This document shows positions 22,572 through 35,200 of a stretch of DNA of 64,000 bases, piece by piece (position 1 is the stretch's first letter; each line of letters begins with the position of its first letter). Under the pieces are notes generated by a model that searched no databases, was not told the DNA's origin, and was given only the letters and a program-made list of their open reading frames with translations. Source of the stretch: Naegleria gruberi (Eukaryota). The stretch lies in the NCBI GenBank assembly GCA_000004985.1, contig GG738895.1. One strand, given 5' to 3'. The position numbers and the translations under genes were made by a program.

Positions 22572-24929
22572 TTATTCTCTCAATAAGGCTTCGAATTGTG
22601 GAGCAATCTTGTTAATTCTTTGTTCGAATAATTCGTTTGCCTTATCAAGTCTTTGACTTAGCGCTTTGAATTCATTTCCAGTAGTTGTAAGTTTCTTAAG
22701 AACTGCATAACTTTGTTGCCAGAATGGGATTGCAACTTCTCTGAATTCTTTATATGGATTTTGACAACAGAGGAACATGGATTTAAAGTTCTTTGGACTG
22801 AGTTTGTCTTCTGGGGTTGACAAAAGGTAATAAGCCAAAATACCCATAATATTGTTATGGTCAACAGAAAAACCAGTGATATCTCTCATAGTAGACATGA
22901 CACCTGATAAACTTTCAGATGAAATACTACGAGACATGTATACTGCTGTCAATAATGATTCATACAAGTGAGCAATATTTGTTTGCAATAATTTAACAAT
23001 GGAATAGTAAATAGCGAGATCTAACTTGATTAATCCTGTCCAACCACTCTTAGACAATGATGTACGTCTAAATGTTAATGGAACAAGACTCAAAATTCTA
23101 GTGATCAACAATATTTCATCTTCATTTTCAATCTTTTCCTCAACTGCGTATGGTTTTTCGTAAGTCCAAGAAGCAGTAAGAATGTTCATCTTGGCTAATT
23201 CAACGAGCACAAGTGTTTGTTCTATATGAGTCTTGGCATTAGATAAAACCTTTCCTTTAGAGGACAAGATGTCTAATGATCCTTGTTGTGGTTTCTTAAT
23301 ATATCCCAAAGTTTCCAAAACTTTCAAGTGAATAAATGTTTTAACTTCATTTGGTGTGGTAAAGTTTTGCATTTGATTCTTCTTGAGAAGTGTTGGTTTC
23401 AAATTCAATACCAAGCCCAATGACATAGAGTTATTGGTATATGTAATTTTCTGTTGTTGAAGATATTTGGTGATGTTTGCTTCATTAATTTGGAATTGAA
23501 GGCCATCCATAAATACATTTACAGGTTTTCTTTCTATATAAATTGTGTCGTTAGAATTTTCATCTGAAGAGTTATATCTAACAAGCATAACATTTTTGTG
23601 TTTAAAGTAGTCATTCATTTCACTAGTCAAATAGTTCAATGATGATGTATAAATAGGTTTCCAAGTGTTGATAAATTCCTTATATTCCAAAGAATCAAAA
23701 AGAGGATTTGGTTCATAAAATACTCCATTCACTAAATTTCCGACCAATTGTGGTGATAAAATACCATGACAAATTAAAAAGTAAATTTCTTCAGGTAATC
23801 TTTCTCCAACAATTTCTTCAAAGTCTCTAGGAAGAGCATCTCTATTCATTACAACAACTGTATTTCCAATAAAATCCAAAACTGGATGATGCATAATCAA
23901 ATACTTATTTAACAAGAAAGGCACTGTAAGATCCTCACGAGAATTCATTGTAAGAATACTTTTAGCTGAACCAATTCCTTTGATATTATCAATTTCTGTT
24001 TTGAAACGATCCTCTTTCTTTACAGTATTTTGGAATGGTGAAGGAGAAGAAAATCCTTTGAAAAAATAGCTTCCTGAAAGAAGAGCTGCATCCAAAAATT
24101 GATTGCTACTAATTCTTTCTTGTGTAAGAATTGTCTTCTTTTCCACATATTGGAATGTCTTTTCATCAAAATTAAGTGAGAAAATAACTTTAGGAATATC
24201 AAACATTAATAATTCTTCATCTCCCATAACACCATTAACCAATTTAGCATCAGACATGTATGACAGTTGTCCCCAAGCTAAATATGGTGCTCTCAAAAAT
24301 TCGATATCATTTTCATTAAACAATTCAAATAATGCATTAAGAGTGTCAATTGATGCCAAAAATTGATTTCCTTGTGCTGTTTACAAAGTGTGTAATTTTA
24401 AATATTAATTAATATTAATACAAACCTCTAGAGAATAACATAAGGGCTTCTCTCTTTTGATCCTTTTCATAAGAACCCCAAGCAGATTTCAAAGAAACTG
24501 TTCTAGCTTGATATATACTTGTTGAGCGTTCCTTCTTTACGCAATTAATACCATTAAATACAAAAACTGGTGTAATTCCAGCATCCCTAAATATATTTGA
24601 AAACTATTTCTTCATCAAATACTTACTTGAATTGTTTTAAATTAGTTTGAACCAATAAAGCTAATGAAATAGGAGTACCTCCTGTAGCCATTTGGAAAGG
24701 TTCATGTTTTTCATCATATAAAACTTTCAACCAATGAAATCCATCAATTCCTATTTTACATCCACGAAGAGCATCAAGAGATTCCTTTTTAATAAAGTTT
24801 TTTTCAGATAAATAACCTATACAATCATGATGATAATAATAATATTAAAAATTCCGTAATGAAATTAATCCACAATTAATTCACTTGATGATTAATAAAA
24901 AACATACTAGACAATCCTTGAATCGTCAT
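22572..24929 (-). CDS. MKT1: MKT1-like protein with an inactive XPG-N (FEN1-fold) nuclease-like domain; four exons
   Basis: Exons are 24908-24929, 24627-24816, 24426-24586 and 22572-24376, with introns of 91, 40 and 49 nt and consistent phases. The N-terminus MTIQGLSSYLSEK...KIGIDGFHWLK...DAGITPVFVFNGINCVKKE parallels FEN1 MGIQGL...KVAIDAS...GIKPVYVFDGK and yeast Mkt1 NITPIFVFNGG. Confidence 0.6.
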
Positions 24930-25370
24930 TTTGATCAAATAAATGTAATACTATTAACAAAATTTATTACAACAACAATGTTCTTGTTATTGTATTTTTT
25001 TTAATTTAAATTTAGGAAATTTTTGCTTGCCAGTTCTTCTTGCAATTTTGGCGCCAAATTATATTACTTTTCTATGTGATAGTGATGAACATAATCTTTT
25101 CATGATTTATAACTTTTAACTTTCTTGTTGTGAAAGGAAAGGGGGTTTGTGTGATTCTTATTAAATAAAATTAAAAAATAAAAAAAATTAAATTCGGAAC
25201 GGACATTGATGATTTAAGACTTACGCTATGATTAGATTAATAATTCATTTCAGTGCTAGTAAATAGATAGGACATTGAAAAACTCAAGTCCTCGGTTGTC
25301 CTTCATCCTATAGCCATTTGATCGGTAAACGAAATTACATTCAAAAGATAACCTTTGAAAAAAAACAACA

Positions 25371-26222
25371 ATGTCATCGAAGCCTTCATCATCATCGTCA
25401 TCACCATCAACAACAAGTGAAGGAGGTATCCGACTCTTCTCTCAAAATGAGAGTAAAGCTTGGGCTGAAAAGTTCTTTTTAATTTACGGACCAATTTGGA
25501 TGTCATACTTTTTCTATTTAATTTACTTTGAAATTTATGATAATGCATCAAGAATGGAATGGACAATGTATGGTGTAATTATGGCTACTCCATGTTTCTT
25601 ATATCCATTATTATTCCCTGGTAAGGCTGATCGTAATCTTCCGATTACTGAAAGATATTGGTTCAAGGCTAATATTTGGGTTTTCATCTTTAATTTTGTT
25701 GGAAATTACTTTTGGACTCATTACTTTTATAATCTTTTAGGTGCAACATATACTATGGATACTCATCGTATTAATGATGTTCCATATTTGATGTTTTTAT
25801 GTACTCAAGCTTATTTCACTTTCTATTTCTCATTGAGTAATGTTCTTTTGAGAATTATTTATACTGCATGGAGAAATCCATCAACTTCTAGAAGCATTTT
25901 CATTTGTCTTTTCATTTTGGCTTTCTCTTACTTTACTGCTTTTATGGAAACTTATACCATTCAATATTTCAAGTATTACACTTTCAAGAATAGAGATATG
26001 ATGTACAAAGTTGGTTCAATTGTCTATGGTATTTACTTTATTGTTGGTTTCCCAATGTATTATAGAATGGATGAAGAGGAAACAAAGAAAAAGTTCTCAA
26101 CTTTCAAATGTTGTGTTGAAAGTTTGGGCGCATGCATGTTAGTTACAATTTTGCTTGATTTTTGGAGATTGTTTGTTGGTGGTATTGTTGAAAATGTTCC
26201 TCAATGCGTTCCATGGATGTAA
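25371..26222 (+). CDS. CPI1: Cycloeucalenol cycloisomerase (CPI1-type sterol biosynthesis membrane enzyme)
   Basis: It aligns along its length with plant CPI1, e.g. GKADRNLPITERYWFKANIWVFIFNFVGNYFWTHYF, RMDEEE and LGACMLVTILLDFWRLF. It is a single exon. Confidence 0.85.
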   Translation: MSSKPSSSSSSPSTTSEGGIRLFSQNESKAWAEKFFLIYGPIWMSYFFYLIYFEIYDNASRMEWTMYGVIMATPCFLYPLLFPGKADRNLPITERYWFKANIWVFIFNFVGNYFWTHYFYNLLGATYTMDTHRINDVPYLMFLCTQAYFTFYFSLSNVLLRIIYTAWRNPSTSRSIFICLFILAFSYFTAFMETYTIQYFKYYTFKNRDMMYKVGSIVYGIYFIVGFPMYYRMDEEETKKKFSTFKCCVESLGACMLVTILLDFWRLFVGGIVENVPQCVPWM

Positions 26223-27071
26223 AATTAGTGTGGAATTAAATCAATTTATTTATTAATTTAATATTTGAAATTATCCTAAATTTAGAACCTCATTTCACTA
26301 ACATTCCTTCAATTTATATCGTTTTTCATCATCAATTCTTCTTTGAAATAGGATATCACCATTCAGTAATTTCTCTTCTAATGGAACATTAGAGCAGGAG
26401 AGGAATTGTTTCATTGGTGATTTGAAACATAATCCCTAACTTCACTACAGCTTAATAACACAACATTGGAAATTGTTCAATTCGAAATACTCAATATTTA
26501 ATTTGAATATAGACTCAGTATTATTTAACATATATTGAAAAAAGATTCTCTGTGAAGATGCAAATCTGTTAATGGTAATATCTAAAAATCTTTTATTGGA
26601 TACCAACGCCAAATTCCTTTAGAGCGTTGCAACAGTTCATTCCCATAACTGCAACTGCAATTTTCATATTAATTTCCCAATTCAAATTCTTCAACTTTTC
26701 AAAATCGAAGAGAAAGTAAACTAAACAGCTAAACTAAGGCTATTGTACAATCATTTAAACAATGAAAACACAAACATATCAAAGCTCAAGCTTTCGCCAA
26801 TTAATATGAATCGCCAAGTATGCTTAATACCCTTTCCTTTCGTATATTCTTTCTTTGTTTCGTACAAACAAATATCATCACTATCATTTTCAGATAAGAG
26901 CTCCAAATCCACAACATTATTACTCAAAGGGCCATGGACAACCAATTTTACATAATTGGTCCTTGAGTAATTGCAACTGTTCCTGTCATTTGTCATCTTC
27001 ACAAATAAAGGTGGAAAACTCCTATCAATCTCAATACAAAAAAACATCACAAGAGCGAGTACTACTATTCA

Positions 27072-29155
27072 ATGCCAGTCTTTTCTTTCTTCAAGAAGAA
27101 GGAATCTTCTTCATCAAACACTAAACCAAATTCTGACTTGGCTAAGAAACTTCAACAAAAAGGTTAGTTTTCTATTCGAAACCAACATTAGAATAATTTT
27201 ATTGTTTTAATAGATGCTGGTTCTTGGACAGTCAATGAAGTTGGTATTTGGTTAGATTTAGTTGGTTTAGGAGAATATAAAGTAAGTTGTTGTAGTTTCT
27301 AATAACATTAAACTAAACTATTTAGCCAATATTTATTAACAATTCAATTAGTGGTCAAGAATTACTCGAATTAGGAGAAGAAGGTTTGTTGATATTATTA
27401 TTATTTCCATTAGTTTCTAATAGATATGTTGTGATGATCATTAATTGATGTTTTTATTCGAATCTTTCTAAATTGAACTAAATATCCGTAATATTATCCG
27501 TTACTGTCATCACCCATTGTTAATTCCCATCTCTTTGAATACAATCATTATACATTCATTTATAATACTTTTTACAAATATATATTTAATATTACAATAA
27601 TAACACTATTTATAATAATACTAATACATACAATAATAATACAATAACATGTACATACAATTATATAAAAATAGATATGAATCAACTTCAAGTGACAAAA
27701 CTTGGTCATCGTAAAAAGTTTAAAAAACTTGTTGAAGCACTTAAAAAGAATTCAAATATTACAAATTTCCTTGAAACACTTTCAGAAAATGATTCCGATA
27801 TGATTCCACCAACAAGTAGTAGTAGCAGTTCTAATAATATTAATAATAATAATAATGGTACTGCTAGTAATAGTACAGGTGGAGGTGGAAATTTCACACA
27901 AACAGCTCAACCATCTAATTTCCAAAATAGTAACTTGTCTGAATTGAGTGCAGGTAGTTCAGGAGGTGGTGTTTCAGCTGATTTAGTTTTTAAATGTTAT
28001 CATGCTGAAGATGTTCATTTAATTGCATTGAAAAGAGATAGAGCTACTTTTAGTGAATTGAAATTAAAGATTATTGAAGAATATAATTGTTTAAAACCAA
28101 TTATTAAATACCGTGATACAGAAGGTGATTTTATTAATATTAGAAAGGAAGAAGATTTTAATATTTGTAAACAAAATGTTCCAGTTGACTCTGCTATTAG
28201 ATTATATATTACAACTGAAAATGATGCAGATGACACTTCAAGTCAAACAAGTGGAAGTGAAATGTCATCATCAAATACTGCACAACTTCATGCTCAACGT
28301 CATACAGATCAATTTCCATCAATTTATGCCTCAGATGAAGAACCAGAAATGGATGATGGAGCTGTTTTCTTTGATGACTTTGTTGATTCTGTAATTATTA
28401 TTACAGATGATAAGATTGTTCAATATATGAACAAATCTGCTGAAAAGGCATTTGGTTATACAAAGAAGGAAGTTATTGGAAGAAATGTCAAGATTTTAAT
28501 GAGTAATACTCATAGAATTCAACATGATAATTATGTTGATAATTATTTAAGAACTGGTCAAGCTAAAATTATTGGATCTGGAAGGTAAGTTTTTATACTA
28601 TGAATAATTTCTCTCTAATACACAACTTTACATCTAATTAGAATGGTTGAAGCTCGTGCTAAGGATGGTTTAATTTTCCCAATTTGGTTGAGTGTTGCTG
28701 AATCTGCTTGGTTAGGAAGACATGCTTTCACTGCTACAATTCAAGATTTAAGAAAGGATAAGAGTAAGCATAGTAATTCTTCTGTTACTTCTCTTTTGGA
28801 AAACCTTGTTGATGCTGTCATTATTATTGATCTAAAATGTAATATTTGTTTCTTAAACAAGTCATCTGAAAAGATGTTTGGTTATAATAGAGATGAACTT
28901 ATTGGAAAGAATATTAAACAACTCATGCCTGAGAAGTATTCCATTAATCACGATTCATATGTTTCTCACTATTTGGAAACTGGAGAAAAGAAAGTTATTG
29001 GAAGAGGTAGAAAAGTTACTGCTAAAGATAAGAGTGGATCAATGTTCCCAATTTGGTTGAGCGTCAGTGAAACTAAATTCTCAGGAGAACGATCATTTGT
29101 TGGTACTATTCAGGATCTAAGAAAGGAAAACTCTTTGGACAAGATGTTGCACTAA
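27072..29155 (+). CDS. Signalling protein with SAM, PB1-like and two PAS (LOV-like, no photoactive Cys) domains; five exons. The ORF track shows only the last two exons
   Basis: Exons are 27072-27162, 27214-27281, 27326-27383, 27675-28584 and 28642-29155, with introns of 51, 44, 291 and 57 nt; the total CDS of 1641 nt is in frame. The SAM domain is reconstructed across exons 2-4: WTVNEVGIWLDLVGLGEYKPIFINNSISGQELLELGEEDMNQLQVTKLGHRKKFKKLVEALKK. The PB1-like stretch is KCYHAEDVHLIALK...IKYRDTEGDFINI. PAS1 reads GRNVKILM...IIGSGR|MVEARAKDGLIFPIWLSV, and PAS2 reads GKNIKQLM...GRGRKVTAKDKSGSMFPIWLSV. Confidence 0.7.
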
Positions 29156-29277
29156 ACTTGTTAACACCAAACTAATGTACATTAATAAATATCTAGCTTA
29201 TTTCTATGTTGTAATCTGATTTGATGTAATGAATTAAGGAATAGTTACTTTTAATTTACTAGGTTAATTTATTCAGA

Positions 29278-32200
29278 TTATTTTTTCTTCTTCAACATGT
29301 ATGAAATAATTTCATTCAATGTATCAAAATTATGTTGTTGAGAAATGGAATGGATAAGGTGAATTGTGTCTGCTACCTTTTCACTCTTATTTTCTACTTG
29401 GGCAGAAATCCATTTACCTGAACAGTGGCAACGTTCAAGTACGTTATTGGCATTAATTTGGGAGCATCTAGAACATTGTAAATCTTGCAATTGATATCCA
29501 ACCATCTTATTTTGAACATAGTCAATTAATCTTCCCTCAATTAGAGATTTGTCAAAGTCATTCGAGCAGTGTTTACATTTAAAGATGTTTTCTGTTGTTG
29601 GTTTACCAAGCTCAAGATCACAACAAGAACTACAGAATGAACAAATCATATCAGGAACCTTGAAAATATTCTGGGATCTCTTGAACATTGATTCGGAAGA
29701 GAATTCCTTTACACCCAATAATTTCAGTAAAGATCTCTTGAGCACATTAACTTCATCTCTAATAAAAAGATCAATTGAAAGCATATGGCAAATTGCATTA
29801 ACAAACTCTAATCTAATATCTTTTTCTGATTCTAATTGTAGGGAGAGCTCTTTGAGTTGATTACTCATCACTTCCATCAAACCTTCTGAGAATTTAGTTG
29901 TCAAATATTCTTGGGCATGTTCTTCTTGGATCTTTTGAACTTCTTCTGCCTTCATTGTTGAAATTTTTTCATCCAATGATCTTCTATACTTGAGACATTC
30001 ATACATGTAAGTAGAAAGATAGAATACTAAATGTACTCTAACTGATTCTGGAAGTTCACTCAATAAATCAATGTGTGGATCAGAAGAAAGTCCAGTCTCT
30101 GTTTCTTGGTCTTCCTTAAAGCCCAAGAAGTTATCTTGATTAAACCACAACAAATTACTCCAAGTGTTTTTAACTTCAATATCAACCCAAGTGAATAACT
30201 TTTGTTGTTGAATGCTTGACTTAAGGTAGTCAGTGTAAACCTTAGCTTCATCTGTAGTATTCTTGCCAGTATCTACAATAATCTTAGTGAAGTTGGCATA
30301 GATGATTCTACATCCACACTTCTTAAAGTGAGCACAGAGTTGGAGGAAGACTTTCTTTTGAAGTCTGTAGATGAATGCTAAAATTTCAGGATGGAAAAGC
30401 TTAGCATGAGTATTACAACACCATCTATAAAGATTTGATAACAACAAATCTGGAACATCAGGACAGGTATTGTCATCATTGTGAACATCTGCGAACATTT
30501 TGGAAACAACTTGCTTGAATATTTTGAAAATTTCAGTAACAGTGGAGAATTTAGATGAATTACTAATCTTGTCATCAATTGTTTCTTCAATAAAACTACT
30601 TTGCAAAATGGCATTAATGTCCAAGTGAGAAATATCAAACTCAACACAAACTGAGTGATAGCAAGCAGAGTGATTAATAAAAGTACCACTTCTGGAATAC
30701 AATTGGTCATCACTCAACAATGCTTGTTGTTGTAGTGCATCATTTTCGCAACCTCCTAAATCTGGTTTGTTGGCCTTGCTTAACCACAATACATAGTCAT
30801 TTTGTAAACTTCTTCCAAACATCATGTCAATTAAATGCATAACAAAGTCATTTGATTCAATATTACCAATAGGAATACCACAATAGTTACTGTAGTTAGT
30901 CATATCCTTATACCATTTTTCAATAGCACAATATCTGATAAACATTTGCTTGATACAATTATTAGTCCAGTATGCTGAGAGAGCATGTTGATATTTGTTG
31001 TCTTCTTCACTGAAAGGAATGGCTACAATAGGTATTTCTTCTAACATTGGAGCGATTTCAGAGGCTGAATGAGTTTGGTATGAGAATGGAGACTGAACTA
31101 AAAGCAGAGATGATGCCTTTCTTTCCTTCGCCAAAATGTTGTTAATTTCTTTAAGTACATCAACTCTATTCTTGAAAACATCCAATTCAAATTCTTCAAT
31201 TTCTGTAATATTCAAGTTAGATTGCTCAATAATTTGATCTAATACTTCATCGAATAATCTATCAGGATGCAAACCTGTAGTTTGGAGATCAATTGAATGA
31301 ATCAAATAAATATATGCTTTCTTGTTTGCAAAAGAGAACAAACCAATAACACCTCTGACATCACAACAACTTTCAAAAAGATATAATTTTTGCAAGTTTG
31401 TTACATCTTTGAGATAAGATACACCAGGATTCTTCTTAGAATGACTTCCGTCAACTTGAACAAGATCTGAAACAGTAAGCGTATTGGCAGAGTCAATCTT
31501 TTCTCTTGACTTTGGATGTACTTGACAAAGTGAACCAATTGAAAGAACAGCTCTAAGAACAGGATCAATTTGTGTCTCATAAACACCTTGAATATGAGGA
31601 TTAGAGAATTCAGAGTAAATAGTTTGCAAGTTCTTTTGGTAGTACGACTCTAGCAACTCTTTTCTATAGAGGAATGTATCTCTCTTATTAGCTACTGAAG
31701 TTTCAACAAGCTGACTTGAGAGAATTGGTAATTTCTTATGAGGCTCCTCTGATTCACCTTGCTTTTGATAAAAATTGAGATAGACAACTCTTGGTACTTC
31801 TATCTTGAATGTTCTCATTTTACCTCCAACACTAATAAAAAGCTTGAGAAGACCTGGTGTTTCGGATTCTCTAACTTCAATAACATGCCACACGAGGTCT
31901 TTAAGTTGGTTAGAATAAAATTGAACATATGAAGCCATAGTACCATCATTGACAAGAGTGTTACCATCTGAGGATTTAGATTTCTTGGTCTTGTTCTTCT
32001 TCTTTTTCTTCTTTCTCTTTTGCCCTACCTCTTCACCTAATGAATCATCATCAACATCGTCAATCTTTCTCTTTGTAGATTTAGATTTTGGTTTTTCATC
32101 ACCTGAAGCGTCTTCCATTTCTTCATCACTATCAGAGGAAGAATCTTCTGTTACGGGTATCTTCTTAAGCATATCCATCAAGGATCTTTGTTTGCTTTGA

Positions 32201-35200
32201 CTTGCATTTTCTCTCAACTTTTTGAGCAACCAATCTGGGTGCTTAACTCTAGGTACTGGATTATCAATAGCTTGTAAAGCTGCAGGAATAGTAATAATTT
32301 TTTGAATAGCACTACCCAATCTTTCAATATAATAATCCCAATCAACAATTTCCTTGAGATCGATTTCTGTCATTGATGTATCCTTTGTCCACTTCTTCAA
32401 GAATGACAAGCATACAGATTCCTCCTTTTGGAAAACAACTGTTGGAATAACACGTTCTGTAACACTAGCATTTTCAGGTTTCTTTGCCACAATGTAACTA
32501 CAAACTAAACCCTTATCTCTAACCATTTGTTCACCAAAAAGATCAACCAATCTTTTAGCTGCTGTAATTCTTGCTGCCTTTTGATTACCATATTCTTCTA
32601 ACCTCTTACTCATGTTAGAACTTTCAGTAATATAATCAAAGAGTTGCTTAGTTTCAATTCCTTCACCTTTAGTGTAAAGAATATCCAGCCATCTATTTGC
32701 AATTTCAGCAACATGTTGATAACATTCAGAGAGAGAATATCCTTTTAAGAATTGTTCGAAAACTTGAGATTGGAAAATCTTAATAAGCTTAAGTTCACCT
32801 CTTCTTTTAATTTCGAAACCCTTCAATTCAGCCAAAGTACCATCATGATTGAAAACTGCATATCTCTTCTTAATAGATTTACCTTCTTCCTTTGAGGCTG
32901 GCAAAATCATAGCACGATAAGGACCGTCAACTTCGAAGAAAATGGAACATTCAGCTCTCTTGTCCCATTTTCCAGTTTCTGGATTGAAATTTTGATATTG
33001 ATCGTTACTGAAATTTTGAGCAACATCTGCGTTCAACATCAAACAAGGATAGGAGATTGTTCTCTTCTTACCATTAGTAAGCTTGAGTGTATAATTTTCA
33101 GGGAATGAACCAGGGAGCATGCACCAAATACCATCAGTATCCAATTCCAATGAAATACCAATATCATCGATAAGCTCTCTGGCCATTCTAATAATTTGAG
33201 CACCATTGTAAGTAACAACACCAGCCATTTCCATACTGTACCATCTGGCAGCTTTTCTCATAACGTAACCGTAGAAAGAGTTCAAAATACACTTGTGGGC
33301 AAGTTGAAGAGAATCGTACAAAACTAACATGACTTTGGACTTTTCTTCAAATTCTGGATCTTTAGACTTGTCCTTCCATTCTTTGGATTTATCTTTAAGT
33401 ACATATCTTCTGTCACGAAATTCTCTAACTGTATTTACATAGAATGGATTTTCTCTTTGACAAATAGTAGCATCCTTGACCATACTTTCCTTATTATATT
33501 TCTTCTTGTGGGCCTTTTGACTGATTTCACCCACTCTCTTTCTTAATTCTTCATTGGTAAAGTTTGGATTATCGTTCATTAAAGAATTCTTGGCAATATT
33601 AAATTCAGATCTAGATGCTGTAAAATATTCAGCTCTAAAGTGCCACTTCATTATTCTCTTACAATCATTCTCTGGCTTATTGTAAATGCATTGAGCACAG
33701 GTGTCCTCGTTAACAATAGCAGATGGTTGAAGTCTGTGTGTAAGAATAATGTTAGGATACATAGCACCAACATCCAAGTGATATAATTTTGGACATTCTT
33801 CTCTTTCTGGTTTTTCTTTGAGTTTAAGTAAACCATCAATAATTTCTTGTTTCAATTCCTCAAAGTTGGCAACATCTTCAACTTTCAATTGTTGTTCAAC
33901 TTCAATTGCAAATCTAATGACTCTATCTACATTATCAACTAATTGTTGATATCTGTCTGGATTTAATTTGAATTTGTATGGTATATCTGATCTATAAACA
34001 CCAGACTTTAAACCTTCTACACGACCACCGATATATGTTTCACTTGCTAACAAGTGACCCTTATACATCTTTTCAGGATCTGATTGATATCTATTTGGGA
34101 AAATAATATTACCCTTGAATGCTTGTACCATGAGAAGTGTTTCACAGAGTGTACCTGATCCTTTTCTCAAAACTTCATCTGGTGGCATTGGAATAATGTT
34201 ACAAAGTGAGAAGATAAAAGGATTGATATACTTCATATATAAATAGTATGTTGAAACTGCATCAGAAACAGAATAAGAAGCCAATTTTTGAGGTTGACTT
34301 GTTGCAAAAGGTAACATATCTTCAGGATCTACTTCAATAGGATCATACTTTAACTTGGCTTTAGTGACAGCTTTCAAACCATGAGAACCTTGAGGTAAAT
34401 AACTGTCTCTGATAACCCAATACAGACAATCGATATGGAGACCAAAACTACTGCCATAAAGCGTGTCAGATCCAAGCTTTTTGCAATCTCCTGACATTCT
34501 ATAGTAACCTACATGGTCTCTAAGATTCAGTGAATATACACTAGCTCTTTGTTCTATGAAAGGCCAATCGAAAAAGTCACCGTTATACGTCACATATACA
34601 CATGGTTTTTCTTCTTGCATATGTGAAAACCATTTAAGTAATAACTCTTTTTCATTTTCTACGTTGAAAACTTCAAAATATCCAGGGAATTCATCTTTTG
34701 GAGTATAATCAAAATTTTCGATATCTTCAGCGACGATTTCACGATTCACAATTAAGTAACCGTGGCCGTCAATCATATAAGATATCATCATAATTCTATC
34801 TGATTGTGGATCAGGGAACATGAGAGGAGGTTTTGTGGTTTCAATATCGAAAGCACAAACTTTAGGAACAGCTCTTTCTTCGATATCTTCTCTCTTTGAA
34901 ATCAAAACATTTCCTTCCTCAACAGAAATATCATACCAATAACCAACTCTTAAATCTGTATCAATGGCACAACGAATATGATATTTAATATCATATTCTC
35001 TAATATCAACTATCTTGTCAACACAATCAATAGTCGAAAGTTTAGCTTTCCTTTTACGTCTAATTCCTCTTTCGTAGTCATCAAGATCATCTAAGAACTG
35101 ATCCTCCATTTCTTCGTTCAATAACTCTTCTTCTAATAGCTCAAACGAATCTTGACTCTTTTTCTTATTTTTTTCAATTATTGGTAATAACTTAGATCTC

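Noticed and set aside
26743-27050. Two overlapping ~70-99-aa ORFs in the CPI1 to SAM-PAS intergenic region
   Set aside because: No splice signals, homology or codon-usage support were found; the region more likely holds promoter or UTR sequence for the flanking genes.
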